A DNA stretch of 63,009 nt, filler included, from Chiloscyllium plagiosum (GCF_004010195.1; 5 parts of one record of this genome joined end to end with filler, not necessarily neighbours in it), one strand, 5' to 3'; positions 25,455 through 38,544 are shown, counted from the first letter of the whole stretch. A program made the numbers and translations. The notes: a model not told the origin generated them from the sequence alone.

Positions 25455-26870
25455 AAGATCTTAACATCTGTGGATAGTAAGTTACTTGAGAAGATTCTGA
25501 GGGATAAGACATACATGTATTTGGAAAGACAGGGTTTGATTAGGAGTAGTCAGCATAGCTTTGTGATTGGGATATCATGCCTTACAAAATTGTAGGATCT
25601 GAGCTATAGGGAGAGGCTGAACAGGCTGGGGCTGTTTTCCCTGGAGCGTTGGAGGCTGTTGCAACATTTAAGAGGCATTTGGATGGGTATATGAATAGGA
25701 AGGGTTTGGAGGGATATGGGCAGGGTGCTGGCAGGTGGGACTAGATTGGGTTGGGATATCTGGTCAGCATGGACGAGTTGGGCCAAAGGGTCTGTTTCAT
25801 GCTGTACACCTCTATGCCTCTATAACTCTATAAGTGACCAGAGGGCAGGATGGTAGACATAGTCTATATGGATTTCAGGAAGGCCTTTGATTCCACATGG
25901 TAGGCTGCTCTGGAAGGTTAGATTGCACGGAATCCAGGGCAAACAGGCAAATTGGCTACAACATTGGCTTGACGTTAGGAAGCAGAAGATGATAGTGGAA
26001 GGATGCTTGTCGGACTGGAGGCCTGTGGTGTACTCAGGAGTCGGTGCTGAGCCCATTACTGTTTGAAATCTATATCAATGATTTAGATGAGAATGTACAA
26101 GGCATGATTAGTAAGTTTGTTGATGACACTAAAATAGCCAGTATCATGGACAGTGAGGAAGGTTATCAGAAATCGCAGCAGGACCTTGATCAGCTGGGGA
26201 AGTGGGCTGAGACATGGCAAATAGAGTTTAATATAGATAAGTGTGAGGTCTTGCATTTTGGAAAGTCAAATCAAGGTAGGAGTTTCATGTTGAAGGTAGG
26301 GCCTTTTGGAGTGTACTGGAACAGAGGGGTCTTGGAGTTCAGGTGCATGGTTCTCTGAAAGTAGAGTCACAGGTCGACAGGGCAGTGAAGGTGGCTTTTG
26401 GTACACTGGCCTTCATCAGTCAGGAGATCGAGTAGAGAAGTTGGGAAGTTATGTTGCAGTTATACAGAACGTTGGTGAGGCCACACTTGGAGTATTATGT
26501 ACAATTTTGATCACCTTATAGGAAGGATGTTATTAAACTGGAAAGAATGCAGAAGAAATTTACAAGGATGTTGCCTGGACTCAATGGTCTGAGTTATAGG
26601 GAGAGGTTGGACAAGCTAGAACGTTTTTCTGTAGAGCATAGGAGACTGAGGGGGGAACATATAGAAGTGTATAAGATCATGAGAGGCATGGATAGGGTGA
26701 ATACACTCAGTCTTTTTCCCAAGGTTGGGAAATCAGCAACTTTTTTACACAGAGAGTGATACGCATATGGAATGAGCTGCCAGTGATTGAGGTGGGTAGA
26801 TTAACAACATTTAAAAGGCATTTGGACAAATACATGAATAGGAAAGGATTAGCAGGATATGGCAGAAGTG
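25455..26870 (+). mobile_element. CR1 LINE RT and 3' part, with a second CR1 3' fragment nested at about 25594-25825
   Basis: ORFs PLLFEIYINDLDENVQGMISKFVDDTK and QKKFTRMLPGL. Confidence 0.85.
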
Positions 26871-26957
26871 GGTATTACAGATGCTGGAGATTAGAGTCAA
26901 GATCAGAATGGTGCTGGAAAAGCACAGCAGGTCAGGCAGCATCTGAGGAGCAGGAAA

Positions 26958-28140
26958 ATGTACCTTGGTGCCATGCGTGTTGTACCGATGTACCTTGGTG
27001 CCACGTGTGTTGTACTGAGGTACCTTGGTGCCATGCGTGTTGTGCTGAGGTACCTTGGTGCCCATGCGTGTTGTGCTGAGGTACCTTGGTGCCATGTGTG
27101 TTGTACTGAGGTACTTTGGTGCCACGTGTGTTGTGCTGAGGTACCTTGGTGCCATGCGTGTTGTGCTGAGGTACCGTGGTGGCATGTGTGTTGTACTGAG
27201 GTACTTTGGTGCCATGCGTGATGTGCTGAGGTACCGTGGTGCCATGTGTGTTGTACTGAGGTACCTTGTTGCCATGTGTGTTGTACCAATGTTCCTTGGT
27301 GCCATGTGTGTTGTACCGATGTACCTTGGTGCCATGTGTGTTGTACTGAGGTACTTTGGTGCCCATGCGTGTTGTGCTGAGGTACCTTGGTGCCATGCAT
27401 GTTGTACTGAGGTACCTTGGTGCCATGTGTGTTGTACTGATGTACCTTGGTGCCACGTGAGTTGTACCAATGTACCTTAGTGCCATGTGTGTTGTACTGA
27501 TGTAAAATGGTGCCATGTGTGTTGTGCTGAGGTACCTTGGTGCCACGTGAGTTGTGCTGAGGTACCTTGGCGCCATGAGTGTTGTGCTGAGGTACCTTGG
27601 CGCCATGTGTGTTATACCGATGTACCTTAGTGCCATGTGTGTTGTACCGATGTAAAATGGTGCCATGTGTGTTGTGCTGAGGTACCTTGGCGCCATGAGT
27701 GTTGTGCTGATGTACCTTGGTGCCACGTGTGTTGTGCTGAGGTACCTTGGTGCCACGTGTGTTGTGCTGATGTACCTTGGTGCCACGTGTGTTGTACTGA
27801 GGTACCTTGGTGCCACGTGTGTTGTACTGATGTTCCTTGGTGCCACGTGTGTTGTGCTGAGGTACCGTGGTGCCATGTGTGTTGTACCGATGTTCCTTGG
27901 TGCCACGTGTGTTGTGCTGAGGTACCGTGGTGCCATGTGTGTTGTACCAATGTTCCTTGGTGCCATGCGTGTTGTGCTGAAGAAGGGCCTATGCCCGAAA
28001 TGTCGATTCTCCTGCTCCTTTGATGCTGCCTGACCTGCTGCGCTTTTCCAACAATACATTTTCAGCTCTGATCTCCAGCATCTGCAGTCCTCACTTTCTC
28101 CTCTGTGTTGTGCTGAGGTACCTTGGTGCCATGCGTGTTG
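26958..28140 (+). repeat. 30-bp minisatellite (gtaccttggtgccatgtgtgttgtactgag)n
   Basis: About 35 units giving 10-aa periodic ORFs on both strands. Preceded by a PLE terminal fragment at about 26875-26958. Confidence 0.96.
27977..28103 (+). mobile_element. Solo PLE terminus with a hammerhead-like motif inserted in the minisatellite
   Basis: CTGAAGAAGGGCctatGCCCGAAAtGTC...ctccagcatctgcagtcctcactttctcct. gtgttgtgctga is present on both sides. Confidence 0.8.
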
Positions 28141-28980
28141 ACATGATATGCTTTTCAGTTGAGTACACATGACAATGAAAACTAAAATCTAAGTCTAAAA
28201 TGCGAGATTACAATGTACCTCTTGAAGGTGTTCTATGAATTGATACAGAAAAGGTGCTTGTTCACTGTCAGGATGCTGCCAACAAACCAAAAGACTTCCT
28301 GCCTATCACAGAAATGAGCAACGTGCTATATAAATTTCAGGGCTGGTCTGATACTAGGTACATAGACTAAGTGTTCCAAACACTGGAGAATCACATCAAA
28401 TTTTGTGTTCCTTTGTCTGTTTACAACAGGAACGTTACTGAATGTATCCAACAAACCTGACTTGCAAACCTCGAAAGACGATGCCTCACATTACGTATAA
28501 TTCTACAATTGGCAACATTTGCTACATCATCCCGAGTGTGTTCGGAATTGCACTCATGATCAATTTAAGATTGTCTGGAAAAATTTCCCTTGTTCTTTTT
28601 TTGTTGGACAGTGAGAAAGGACATTAGTTAATACCACAGAATGGACCAGAACTGCAGCTGTTCATGGGAAGTAGCCACAAGTGACAGCTCCCCAAGACTT
28701 TTACAGTGGTCAAGTGGATCTGAAACCAATAGAGAAACACTGCACCCTGATTTTTTAAAAAATCATTCATGTTGTGTCACTGACTAGACCAGTATTTATT
28801 GCTCATCCCTAGTTGTCCTGGAATGGCATGACTTGCTGGGTCGCTTCAGGCAGCAGTTCAAGGCCAGCCAAATAGCCGTGGGTCTGGAGTTCCCTGTACC
28901 AGACCATGGAAAGGTAACAGATTCCCTTCCCCTAAAGGCCTTTGTAAGATGTGTTTCCAATACAGTTGATAGTGGTTATA

Positions 28981-29167
28981 CATAGAACATAGAACATAGA
29001 AAAATACACCGCAGTACAGGCCCTTTGGCCCTCGATGTTGCGCCGATCCAAGCCCACCTAACCTACACTAGCCCACTATCCTCCATATGCCTATCCAATG
29101 CCCATTTAAATGCCCATAAAGAGGGAGAGTCCACCACTGCTACTGGCAGGTCATTCCATGAACTCAC
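28981..29167 (-). mobile_element. CR1 LINE 3' end
   Basis: (catagaa)3 tail followed by caggccctttggccctcgatgttg. Confidence 0.8.
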
Positions 29168-29631
29168 CGTCACCATCAAGCTAGCTTTTAATTCCACATT
29201 GCTTTTTAATTGTATTCAAATTATGTGTGTATGCAGACAGTGGGCAACAATCAACGAATCTAGACAGGGCAAGGACAGTTTAGCAACTTATTCTTTTCAT
29301 GGATAATTTGGTGATTGTTTTGTCTGGCATGGTAAAGGGCCTTTATCTGTGATGTAGATCTCCCTGAATCTCGGATTCTTAGATGAGGGCTGAGCCAAAG
29401 TGCAACACTTACTGTGAGTATCACAGAACACATCACATCAATGTGTCCATCAAGAAGTGCTGTGGGGGGCAGTTCAGGAAGCCAATGGGTTTACAGGAAA
29501 ACCGAACATCCCATTAATGGATTTTCCTGTTGTATGTAAGTGGGAGGAGGTTACAGGAAGAGATTGGGATTGCTGTCCTTTAGGATAGGACAGGTCATGA
29601 GCTGCATACATTTTTGCCAACGTGTTGTTAC

Positions 29632-29787
29632 CTGTAAGCAGCACAGGGCATTTGTTGAGGAGCAGCAGGCTGGTTATAAAGGAGTACCGCACAGTGTCAA
29701 CCGTACACACGAGATTTTCCTGATTGGGTCGTCTTGATTTGGGAGCTCCGGTCATGATTGCTTCAGCAAGACTTGATAACTGCACCC
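29632..29787 (-). CDS. DNAH14: Internal exon of axonemal dynein heavy chain (DNAH14-like): VQLSSLAEAIMTGAPKSRRPNQENLVCTVDTVRYSFITSLLLLNKCPVLLT(G), ending at the start of the AAA3 Walker A
   Basis: Acceptor ctctgtcttgttgctgattgcAG|GG and donor ACAG|GTaaca. 156 bp, phase 1 to phase 1. Has the classic dynein V.TVDTVRY..L..LL....PVLLTG motif. Confidence 0.92.
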
Positions 29788-30419
29788 CTGCAATCAGCAA
29801 CAAGACAGAGTTAGTCTGTGAAGGAAGATTCAACTCTGAACTCACGTGGTCAATGCTTTTAGCAACTTCCTTCTCAGAAATCACAGCCTGTAGACCAGCT
29901 CATGGTCAAATGAACCTTGGGGTTTTGAGGAAGTTGCCCAAATGATGGCAGTATTACCAGCCTGCACCTGTAGAGGGCTCAGTCTCAGGGTCATTATTGC
30001 AAGACAATACAATCCCAGGTTTGAGGTGCCTTTAATAATCCGAAGCTGTGCTTAGTCTGAGGCCCAGTCCAGGGAGCAAGCCGAAGAACAGGCGGATAAC
30101 TGGCAGGATGCATTCTTAAATATCCTGCAGTCTCTCACTCTTTGCTTATAAACGTAGAGTAGCTGTGAGCTCACTATCTGCCAAATCCAGTTAATGTGGG
30201 CCAACTCTGCCAGAAGACAAAGCAGATGTAGCTCAGGCTGAGCCTAAAACAATCTCTAACCCCTGCAGCATCTACATACTTAACAATGATGTAAGGTAGC
30301 ATCTTAATGACCCCAATCTCTGGACAAATGTCATTAATACCATCAATGTTGCTTGTTAAATTCAGGTATTATTTAATGAGCTTTTGATCAATAAGTTGGT
30401 TGTGATTCAACAATTATAA

Positions 30420-33050
30420 AACATGGCCTTATCGATGTTATACTTGTCTTTAAGGAAGTTAAAGATTGCAATAAATTGGAAGAAAAAAATATATATGTGA
30501 CAAAGGTTCATTGCAAATGAGAGGATTTGGAAACTTTAAAAACCAACAAAAGATACTAAAAATAATAGAGGCATAAAATAAACTTTGAGGTTAAATTTGT
30601 AGTAGCATAGTCAGCAAGAGCTTCTTTAAATATTTAAAAAGTAGGAGGTTATTTGGATGGAAATGGTGTGCAGGGAAAAGGCAGGAGATTGGTACCATAT
30701 TGGAATTAGTACAGGCGCGATGGGCTGAGTGGCCTCCTGCTGCACTGTAATAATTCTGTGACTCTGATAACTGAAAGTGATCATAGTCCCCTTAGAGGAT
30801 GAGACTGGGGAAATGGCAGAGGAGTTGAATAGATACTTTGCATCAGTCTTTACGGCATAGCATTCCAAAAATACAAAATAATCAAGGGGCAAAAAGGGGA
30901 GAGCAAATGAACACTATATCATGAGAGACAGAGGGTGATTCATGGGCGGTACGGTAGCACAGTGGTTAGCACTGCTGCTTCACAGCACCAGAGACCCGGG
31001 TTCAATTCCCGCCTCAGGCGACTAAGGGCCTGTTTCCACACTGTAAGTAATCTAAAAACTGCAATGGAACCGAAAGGGGCTAAAAGCCAGTAAGTTCTCC
31101 AGACTTGTTGGGATGTTTCTGAGGATTTTAAAGGAAGTGGCTCCAGAGATGGTGGATATACTGACTGAAATCTTCCAAGAATCCTTCAATCCTGGAAAAG
31201 TCCTAGAGAATCGGAAAACTATCAATCTAACACTTTTATTTAAAACGTGAGGGAAACAAAAACAGGTTACTATAGGCTACTCGCTTAATAACTGTAACTG
31301 GGAAAATGTTAGAGGCTATTGTAAAGCGTGTAATAGCAGAGCATTTAGTAGTATATGATATGATGACGCAGAGTCAGCGTGGGGATGATGAAGTGGAGGT
31401 CATGCCTGAAGAACTTACTAGAAATCTTTGAGGAACTAACAAGCAAGATGGATAAAGGGAAAGCAGTGGATGTAATATATTTGGAATGTCAGAAGATGTT
31501 TGATTGGCACCGAATGTTAAAATACTTAACAAGAAGACAGACCATGGTGTGGGAGGTAAATATTATCATGGATAGAGGATTGACTTATGAATAGAATATA
31601 GGACATTACAGGAACAGGCCCTTCGGCCCACCAAATCAGACTTAAAATGGGCCTGAGGGGTAACCTTTTCACACAGAGGGTGATTCATATGTGGAATAAA
31701 CTGGCAGAGGAAATAGTAGATAGAGGTACAGTCCTAACATTTAAAACAGGAAATGTTTAGGGAGCTATTGGCCAAAAACAACCAAATGGGACAAATTTGG
31801 CAAAATTGGTTGGCATGGATGACTTAGACCACAGGGTGTGTTTCTGTGATTGATCCGCGGTATGGAGGGATTGTCTGATGTGGAGGAATTGAGAAGATTG
31901 GACTAGTAATCACCTGAGTTTAGAAGGATGAGAGGTGACTTGATTGAAATGTACAGGATTTTTAGGGGACTTAACAGAGTAGATTCGCAAGGTTGGTCCC
32001 CGAAACGTCGATTTTGCTGCTCGTCGGATGCTGCCTGAATTGCTGTGCTCTTCCAGAACTACTGATCCAGAATCCCCTTGTTGGAGAACCTAGCAGTTGA
32101 GAGCCTAATCTCAGAATAAGTGGTTCTGCATATAAGGCTGAGATGAGGAAAAAAAATTTCTTTCAGGCTGTATTGAATCTGTGGAATTCATTACCATTGA
32201 GGGCCAACAAGGCTGGGTTGTTAAATATTTTCAAGGCTGAATTGGAGCAGTTTAGGGAAAGGTGAGATGTAACGAGACATGGGTGTCATGGTGGAACAGT
32301 TGCTGAGGCTTGGCATGTAGGTGCAGCAGGCAGTGAGAAAAGCTAATGGCATGCTGGCTTTCATAGCTTCATAGCAAGAGGATTTGAGTATAGGATTAAA
32401 GATGTCTTACCACAGTTATAGAGGACCTTGGTGAGGCCACACTTGAGTGTTGTGTGCAGTTTTGGACTTCTAGTCTGAGGAAGGACATTCTTGCTGCTGA
32501 GGGAGTCCAGTGAAAGTTCACCCGACTGATTCCCGGGATGGCAGGGCTGACATATGTGGAAACTCTGGATTGACTGGGCTTGTACTCGCTAGAATTTAGT
32601 AGAATGAGGTGGTAGATATCAGAGAAACATATAAAATCCTGATGGGATTGGACAGTCCAGATGTAGGAAGAATGTTCCCGATGTTAGGGAAGTCCAGAGC
32701 TGGGGGTCAAAGTCTAAGAATAAGGGTAAGCCATTCAGGACTGAGATGAGGAAGAATGCCTTCACTCAGAGAGTTGGGAACCTGTGGAATTCTCTCCCAC
32801 AGAAAGCTGTTGGGGCCAGTTCGTCAGGTAGATTCATGAGGGAACTGGGTGTGGCCCTTGTGGCGAAAGGGATCAAGGGAAGAGAGCAGGAATGGGATCC
32901 AGAGATTGTACCAACAACCATGATCATATTGAGTGGTGGAGAAGGCTCGAAGGGCCAAACGGCCTACTTCTGCACCTATTTTCTATGTTTCCATGTTTTT
33001 ATGAATGGTGGAACTGATTCAATGGGCTACTCTACTCCAATGTCTTCTGG
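30420..33050 (+). mobile_element. Nested old CR1 fragments
   Basis: SCLKNLLEIFEELTSKMDKGKAVDVIYL and MRKNAFTQRVGNLWNSLPQKAV, with several 3' ends. Confidence 0.75.
30944..31054 (+). mobile_element. Internally deleted HE1-type SINE (tRNA head fused to the tail)
   Basis: ...gggttcaattcccgcctcaggcgact|aagggcctgtttccacactgtaagtaatctaa. Confidence 0.85.
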
Positions 33051-33561
33051 TAATCTAACTCACAATTTGTACAGTTGTAGCACCACTTACCCATTCTGAT
33101 ATTCTATACCTGAGCTAGGAAAGAAAGGATTCCATATCATTTCTCAACTACCTGAGACATCTCACCTGCTACCTCCAATGATCTGTGGATATTCTCTTCA
33201 AGGTCCCTCACTCCCTCGAGACTTGTGATTTTCTTTCCTGCACTGTGACATGGCTGGCTTGGCCAGTATTTACCACCCATCCCTAACTGAGAGGATGGAA
33301 CTGACCTGCTGCAGAGTGTCCTTCTATTAACTGTGTATTAATACGACTGGGGGGGGACAATCAGGGTGCAAGTGCCAAAGAGTTTAGAAGGGACAGTGAA
33401 GGAATTATGGACCTGTACCACAATTAAGAAAATTAGTATGTTGCAAATTCAAATAAGCGAAGATAAGTGACTTATACAGTTACATACACACATGACAACT
33501 GCAAAGCCACAGATGGTTGCAGACAGATGGCAGGACAGCAGCAAACTCAGAGACCGCTTAC

Positions 33562-33678
33562 CTTTCGAAATAAGCTCCTGTGTGGATGGAACCAATGCGT
33601 CCCAGGATACAAATTGTCCGGTTTGCATGTCCACAAAATATCCAAAGACAGTCGCATTTCCGGGTGGAAACGTAACCG
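33562..33678 (-). CDS. DNAH14: Internal exon of axonemal dynein heavy chain (DNAH14-like): (S)VTFPPGNATVFGYFVDMQTGQFVSWDALVPSTQELISK(G)
   Basis: Acceptor aatatttcAG|CG and donor AAAG|GTaagc. 117 bp, phase 1 to phase 1, in frame with both neighbours. Has the dynein FP...T/SVF.Y.VD......F..W motif. Confidence 0.92.
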
Positions 33679-33734
33679 CTGAAATATTCAAACACAATGT
33701 ACAAGTCAAGGAAAATAAAACTTCCAGAATGCAG

Positions 33735-34900
33735 CACACCGTCAGCATTAACACTCTGACAGTGCGGCACACCCTCAGTACTGACCTTCTGACAGTGCAG
33801 CACACCCTCAGTACTGACCCTCTGACAGTGCGGCACTCCCTCAGCACTGACCCTCCGACAGTGCAGCATTTCCTCAGTACTGACCCTCTACAGTGCGGCA
33901 TTCCCTCAGCACTGACCCTCTGACAGTGCGGCACACCCTCAGTACTGACCCTCTGACAGTGCAGCACTCCCTCAGTACTGACCCTCTGACAGTGCGGCAC
34001 TCCCTCAGTACTGACCCTCTGACAGTGCGGCATACCCTCAGTACTGACCCTCTGACAGTGCGGCACACCCTCAGTAATGGCCCTCTGACAGTGCGGCACT
34101 CCCTCAGCACTGACCCTCTGACAGTGCGGCACTCCCTCAGCACTGACCCACCAACAGGGCAACACTCCCTCAGTACTGGCCCACCGACAGGGCAGCACTC
34201 CCTCAGCACTCACCCTCTGACAGTGCAGAACTCCCTCAGTACTGACCCTCTGACAGTGTGGCATTCCCTTAGTACTGACCCTCTGACAGGGCAGCACTCC
34301 CTCAGTACTGACCCACCGACAGGGCAGCACTCCCTCAGCACTGACCCACCAACAGGGCAGCACTCCCTCAGTACTGACCCACCGACAGGGCAGCACTCCC
34401 TCAGCACTCACCCTCTGACAGTGCAGAACTCCCTCAGTACTGACCCTCTGACAGTGCAGCACTCCCTCACTACTGATCCTCTGACAGTGCGGCACTCCCT
34501 CAGCACTGACCGACCGACAGGGCAGCACTCCCTCAGCACTCACCCTCTGACAGTGCAGCACTCCCTCAGCACTGACACTCCGACAGGGTGGCACTCCCTC
34601 AATACTGACCCTCTGACAGTGCAGCACTCCCTCAGCATTGACCCTCCGACAGTGCAGCACTCCCTCAATACTGACCCTCTGACAATGCGGCACCTCCTCA
34701 GCCCTGACCCTCCAACAGTGCAGCACTCCCTCAGCATTGACCCTCCAACAGTGCAGCACTCCCTCAATACTGACCCTCTGACAATGCGGCACTCCCTCAG
34801 CACTGACCCTCCGACAGTGCAGCACTCCCTCAATACTGACCCTCTGACAATGCGGCACTCCCTCAGTACTGACGTTCTGACAGTACAACACTCCCTCCAA
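33735..34900 (+). repeat. 33-bp minisatellite (cactccctcagtactgaccctctgacagtgcgg)n
   Basis: About 35 units giving 11-aa periodic ORFs (RHSLSTDPLTV and EGVLHCQRVST). Confidence 0.97.
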
Positions 34901-35369
34901 CCACATCTCATTGCTGCACTGACTGATCAGTCTCCATTATGGGCTGTTGTCTTTGCATTAGCCTTAAAATCTGGTCCTTTTGACTCAGAGATTGGAACCT
35001 TACCACTGAGCTGTAGTGTAGTATATTTAAACGTCTTGACCTTGATTAAGAGCACTGCTTCAAAGGAAGTAAATCCACAAAGTCATCTTTTGTCTCTCTT
35101 ACTTAGTCTTTGTTGGAATCATTCAATGCAACACATAACCTTATGAAATGCAAGACCATATGACACTAAGACCAGAAGATGTACGATCAGAATTAGGAAG
35201 TGAATAGTGGGATATGGCTCCTGTAAGTGTAGACAGGTTTAGTATGGAGGGGCAAAACGTGTTGGTGCAGGCTTGGAGGGCCGAAAGGCCTGTTCCTGTG
35301 CTGTATTGCTCTTTGCTGTAATTAGACCGTGTGGCCCATTCAATCTGTTCCACTATTCGATCATAGTTC

Positions 35370-37060
35370 GAGACCAAAGACTGCAGAGGCTGGAAGCAGA
35401 TGTCCACCTATTTTGAACAATGTGCCTTTCCCCCTCTGTCATCCAAACAACCCTCCTCCACACTGCTTCCATCCGCCATTCCACTGCTCTAAACCTTCCC
35501 CTCCCAAAGCAATAAAGACAGGGTCCCCAGTGTCCTCATCTACCACCCCACCAATGTCCGTATCCAAAGCATCATCCTTAAACACTTTTGCCAATTCCGA
35601 CCAGACCCCACCATCCAGAATATCTTCCCCTCCCCATCCCTCTCTGCCTTCCACAAGAACCGTTCTCTTGAACAGTCCTTGGTTTGCACCACTCTCCTCA
35701 CCAACGCCCCAGGTACCTTCCCCAGCAACTGGAAAAGATGCAAAACCTACCAGTACACCCCCCACCCCCTCACCTCCATCCAGGGCCCCAAACAGTCCTT
35801 CCAGGTGAGACAGAGGTTCACCTGCCTCTCCTCCAACCTAGTTACTGTATCAGGTGCTCCCAATGTGGTCACCTCTACATTGGGGAGACCCGAACGTAAA
35901 CTTAGAGAATGTTCGCCAAACTTCTCAGCTGGGCCACAGGGGCCAACCAGACCTCCCAGTCACCGCCCATTTTAATTTCCCTTCCCATTCCCTTTTCGAT
36001 ATGACCATCCTTCGCCTCGTCCATTGCCACAACGAACCAAACCGCAAATTGGAGAACATCTCAGCTTCCGCCTGGGCAGCCTCCAACACTGAGGACTCAA
36101 TATTGACTTCTCCAATTTCAAATAACCTCCCTTCCCAGCCCCTTCCCCACCCGTACATTCCTCTCATCAACCCTTCCTTCCAGCCAGGAGAAAATGAGGA
36201 CTGCAGATGCTGGAGATCAGAGTCAAAATGTGTGGTGCTGGAAAAGCACAGCCGGTCAGGCAGCATCTGAGGAGCTGTGGCAAGAGCGGGGACTGGGGGG
36301 AGCTGAGAGATAAATAGGAGGAGGGTGGGGCTGGGTGGGGTAGCTGGGAATGTAATAGGTAGATGAAGGTGGGAGTGGAGGTGTAGATTGAAGAGGACAG
36401 TGGAGCAGATAGATGGGAAAGAAGATTGGACAGTTCAAGAGGGCAGTGCCGAATTGAAGGGTTGGAGCTGGGATACGGTGAGAGGAGAGGAAATGGGGAA
36501 ACTGGTGAAATCCACATTGGCGACAACTTGCGGATTGTTTCAGAGGACATCTTTGGGACACACGCACCAATCAACCCCACCACCCCATGGCCGAACACTC
36601 CAACTCTCCCCCCACTCCAACAAGGATGTGCAAGTTCTGGGCATCCTCCATCACCAGATTCTGACCACCCGACGCCTGGAAAAAGAACACCTCATCACCC
36701 ATTTTGGGATCCTCTAATCACATGGGATCAATGTGGATTTCACCAGTTTCCACATTTCTCCTCCCACCACCTTATTCCAGATCCAACCCTCCAACTAGGC
36801 ACTGCACTCTCGAACTGTCCCACCTGTGTTTCCAGCACCACACAGCCTCCTACTGGATTCATCCCTCCCATTGACCAACCAGGTCATACACTCTGCCTGT
36901 CTTCACCTATCCCCACCTCACCACCCTGCCCCCACCAACCCCTTTATCTGCAGATCCCCTCACACCCACCCCCTGTCCTGAACAAGGGTTACACCCAGAA
37001 GATTAACTCCTCCATCTCCTGATGCTGCCTGGCATGCTGTGTTCTTCCATCCTCATGCCT
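35370..37060 (+). mobile_element. Penelope-like element complex: GIY-YIG region plus inverted terminal segments
   Basis: PGTFPSNWKRCKT...IQGPKQSFQVRQRFTCLSSNL and CIRCSQCGHLYIGET...PVTAHFN. Inverted terminus at 36187-36275 and a second 3' end at about 36620-37050. Confidence 0.85.
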
Positions 37061-37079
37061 ATTACAGATATGCCTGAAA

Positions 37080-37570
37080 TGTGCCTCATGCCCATTCTAT
37101 TCCCTTCTTCCATAACCCCTGATCCCCTCGCCAATCTAGAATCTATCTCTTTCTTAAATACACTTGGTCTTCATAGCCCTCTGTGGTTATGTGTTCCTCC
37201 TAATCTCAGTTCTAAAGGGTCATCCCTTCACTCTGAGGCTCTGACTTCAGTTCCTGGTCTCTCCTACTCAAGGAAACATCTTCTCCACACCCACTCTATC
37301 CAGGCCTCTCCGTGTTCTGTATGTTTCAATCAGATCCCCCTCATCCTTCTCAACTCCATCGAGTACAGACCCAGAGTCCTCAACCACTCCTCATATGACA
37401 AGACCTTCAACCTTGTGAACCTCCTCTAGACCCTCTCCAATACCAGCACGTCCTTCCTTCAATGCAAGCTTCACAACAATGCCCTCAGTTCCTTTGTCGA
37501 AATTGTTAATGTATAACGTGAATAGTCGTGGTCCCAACATGGGTCCATGCAGAACCCCACTAGTCACTAT
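37080..37570 (-). mobile_element. Old CR1 fragment
   Basis: cagatccccctcatccttctcaactccatcgagtacagaccc is the reverse complement of LGLYSMELRRMRGDL. Confidence 0.7.
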
Positions 37571-37976
37571 CTGTCATTCTCGGCTTATTGACAGCTGACA
37601 AAGACAGATTCTTAATCAGCTGGGGAATCAAGCGTCACATAGCAACACAAGCAAGAGGATTTGAAGAATGAGAGGTCAGCCATGATCCTCTCGAATAGCA
37701 GTGCTGGCTCATGGGGCTGAATGGCCTCCTCCTATTCCTGTTTCTTATGGTCTTCTAGTCTAATCTGTATCAGTGGGAATTTGTAACCCTGATTTAGGGT
37801 TTCAGGCCGTTACCAAATGGAAGAGGATGATGAGCCAATCGAGAGAGTGAAAGAGGTGCTGGTTACCATCCCTTGTAAATGGATGTTGTGAGGCAGTAAC
37901 AGAGAGCTGTTTGACACTGGACCCACTGTTAAACCTTGAACAATATTCAACGGTGAATCCTGGTCAGGATGCTCAC

Positions 37977-38209
37977 AGAGTGGGCTTTGTCCTGTGAACA
38001 GGTTTTGGACCAAAGTGTTGAAGTCCAGCGTGACTTTGATGGCCTCATCTTCCTTGCTCCTGTCACTGAAGCCAATGAGAGCTTCTTCCTCGTAATCGTC
38101 CTCACGTTTCAAGCAGCCGCCAACCGCCCAAGTAAAACAGAACGTGTAGAGTTTGGCCAGGAGGCCAGGCAGCTTGTTGGGATTCTTCTCTAAAAACCAC
38201 TTGTCAGAC
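37977..38209 (-). CDS. DNAH14: Internal exon of axonemal dynein heavy chain (DNAH14-like): SDKWFLEKNPNKLPGLLAKLYTFCFTWAVGGCLKREDDY...KVTLDFNTLVQNLFTGQSPL
   Basis: Acceptor ccactgcAG|G and donor CTCT|GTgagc. 233 bp, phase 2 to phase 1. Has the dynein AAA-lid motif F.F.W..GG. The EKNP.KL and KVT.DF..LV..LF segments match my recollection of vertebrate DNAH14. Confidence 0.9.
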
Positions 38210-38544
38210 CTGCAGTGGCACAACACACATTAAACCCTCTTATAGTGCAGTATGGCACCAACAACAGTCAGCATTTATATAGCACTTTCCATCAGATATC
38301 ACATCCAAGACACTTCAGAACAGCATTATCTCACAACATTTCACACCAAGATGATTCAAGCCACATTCTGGAACTGCTGTAACCCATTTGGTATAGGTAG
38401 AGCCACAATGCTATTGGGGCACTGAAGTAACGGTGATACATTTCTAAGTCGGAATGGTGAATGACTTGGACAGGAACTTGCAAGTAGTGGTGTTCTAATG
38501 GATCCGCTGCCCTTGTTTTTCTAGTAGGGCTGAGTCAGAACAGC

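Noticed and set aside
26811..28170. Long repetitive ORFs (up to 412 aa) as protein genes
   Set aside because: They are by-products of a stop-poor 30-bp repeat that is open in several frames on both strands.
29788..29884. 5' extension of the dynein exon suggested by ORF 29474-29884
   Set aside because: The phase-compatible acceptor with a pyrimidine tract is at 29788-29789. The upstream CAG would give the wrong phase.
33893..35146. 417-aa plus-strand HSLSTDPLTV repeat protein
   Set aside because: This is the minisatellite translation, with no independent gene evidence.
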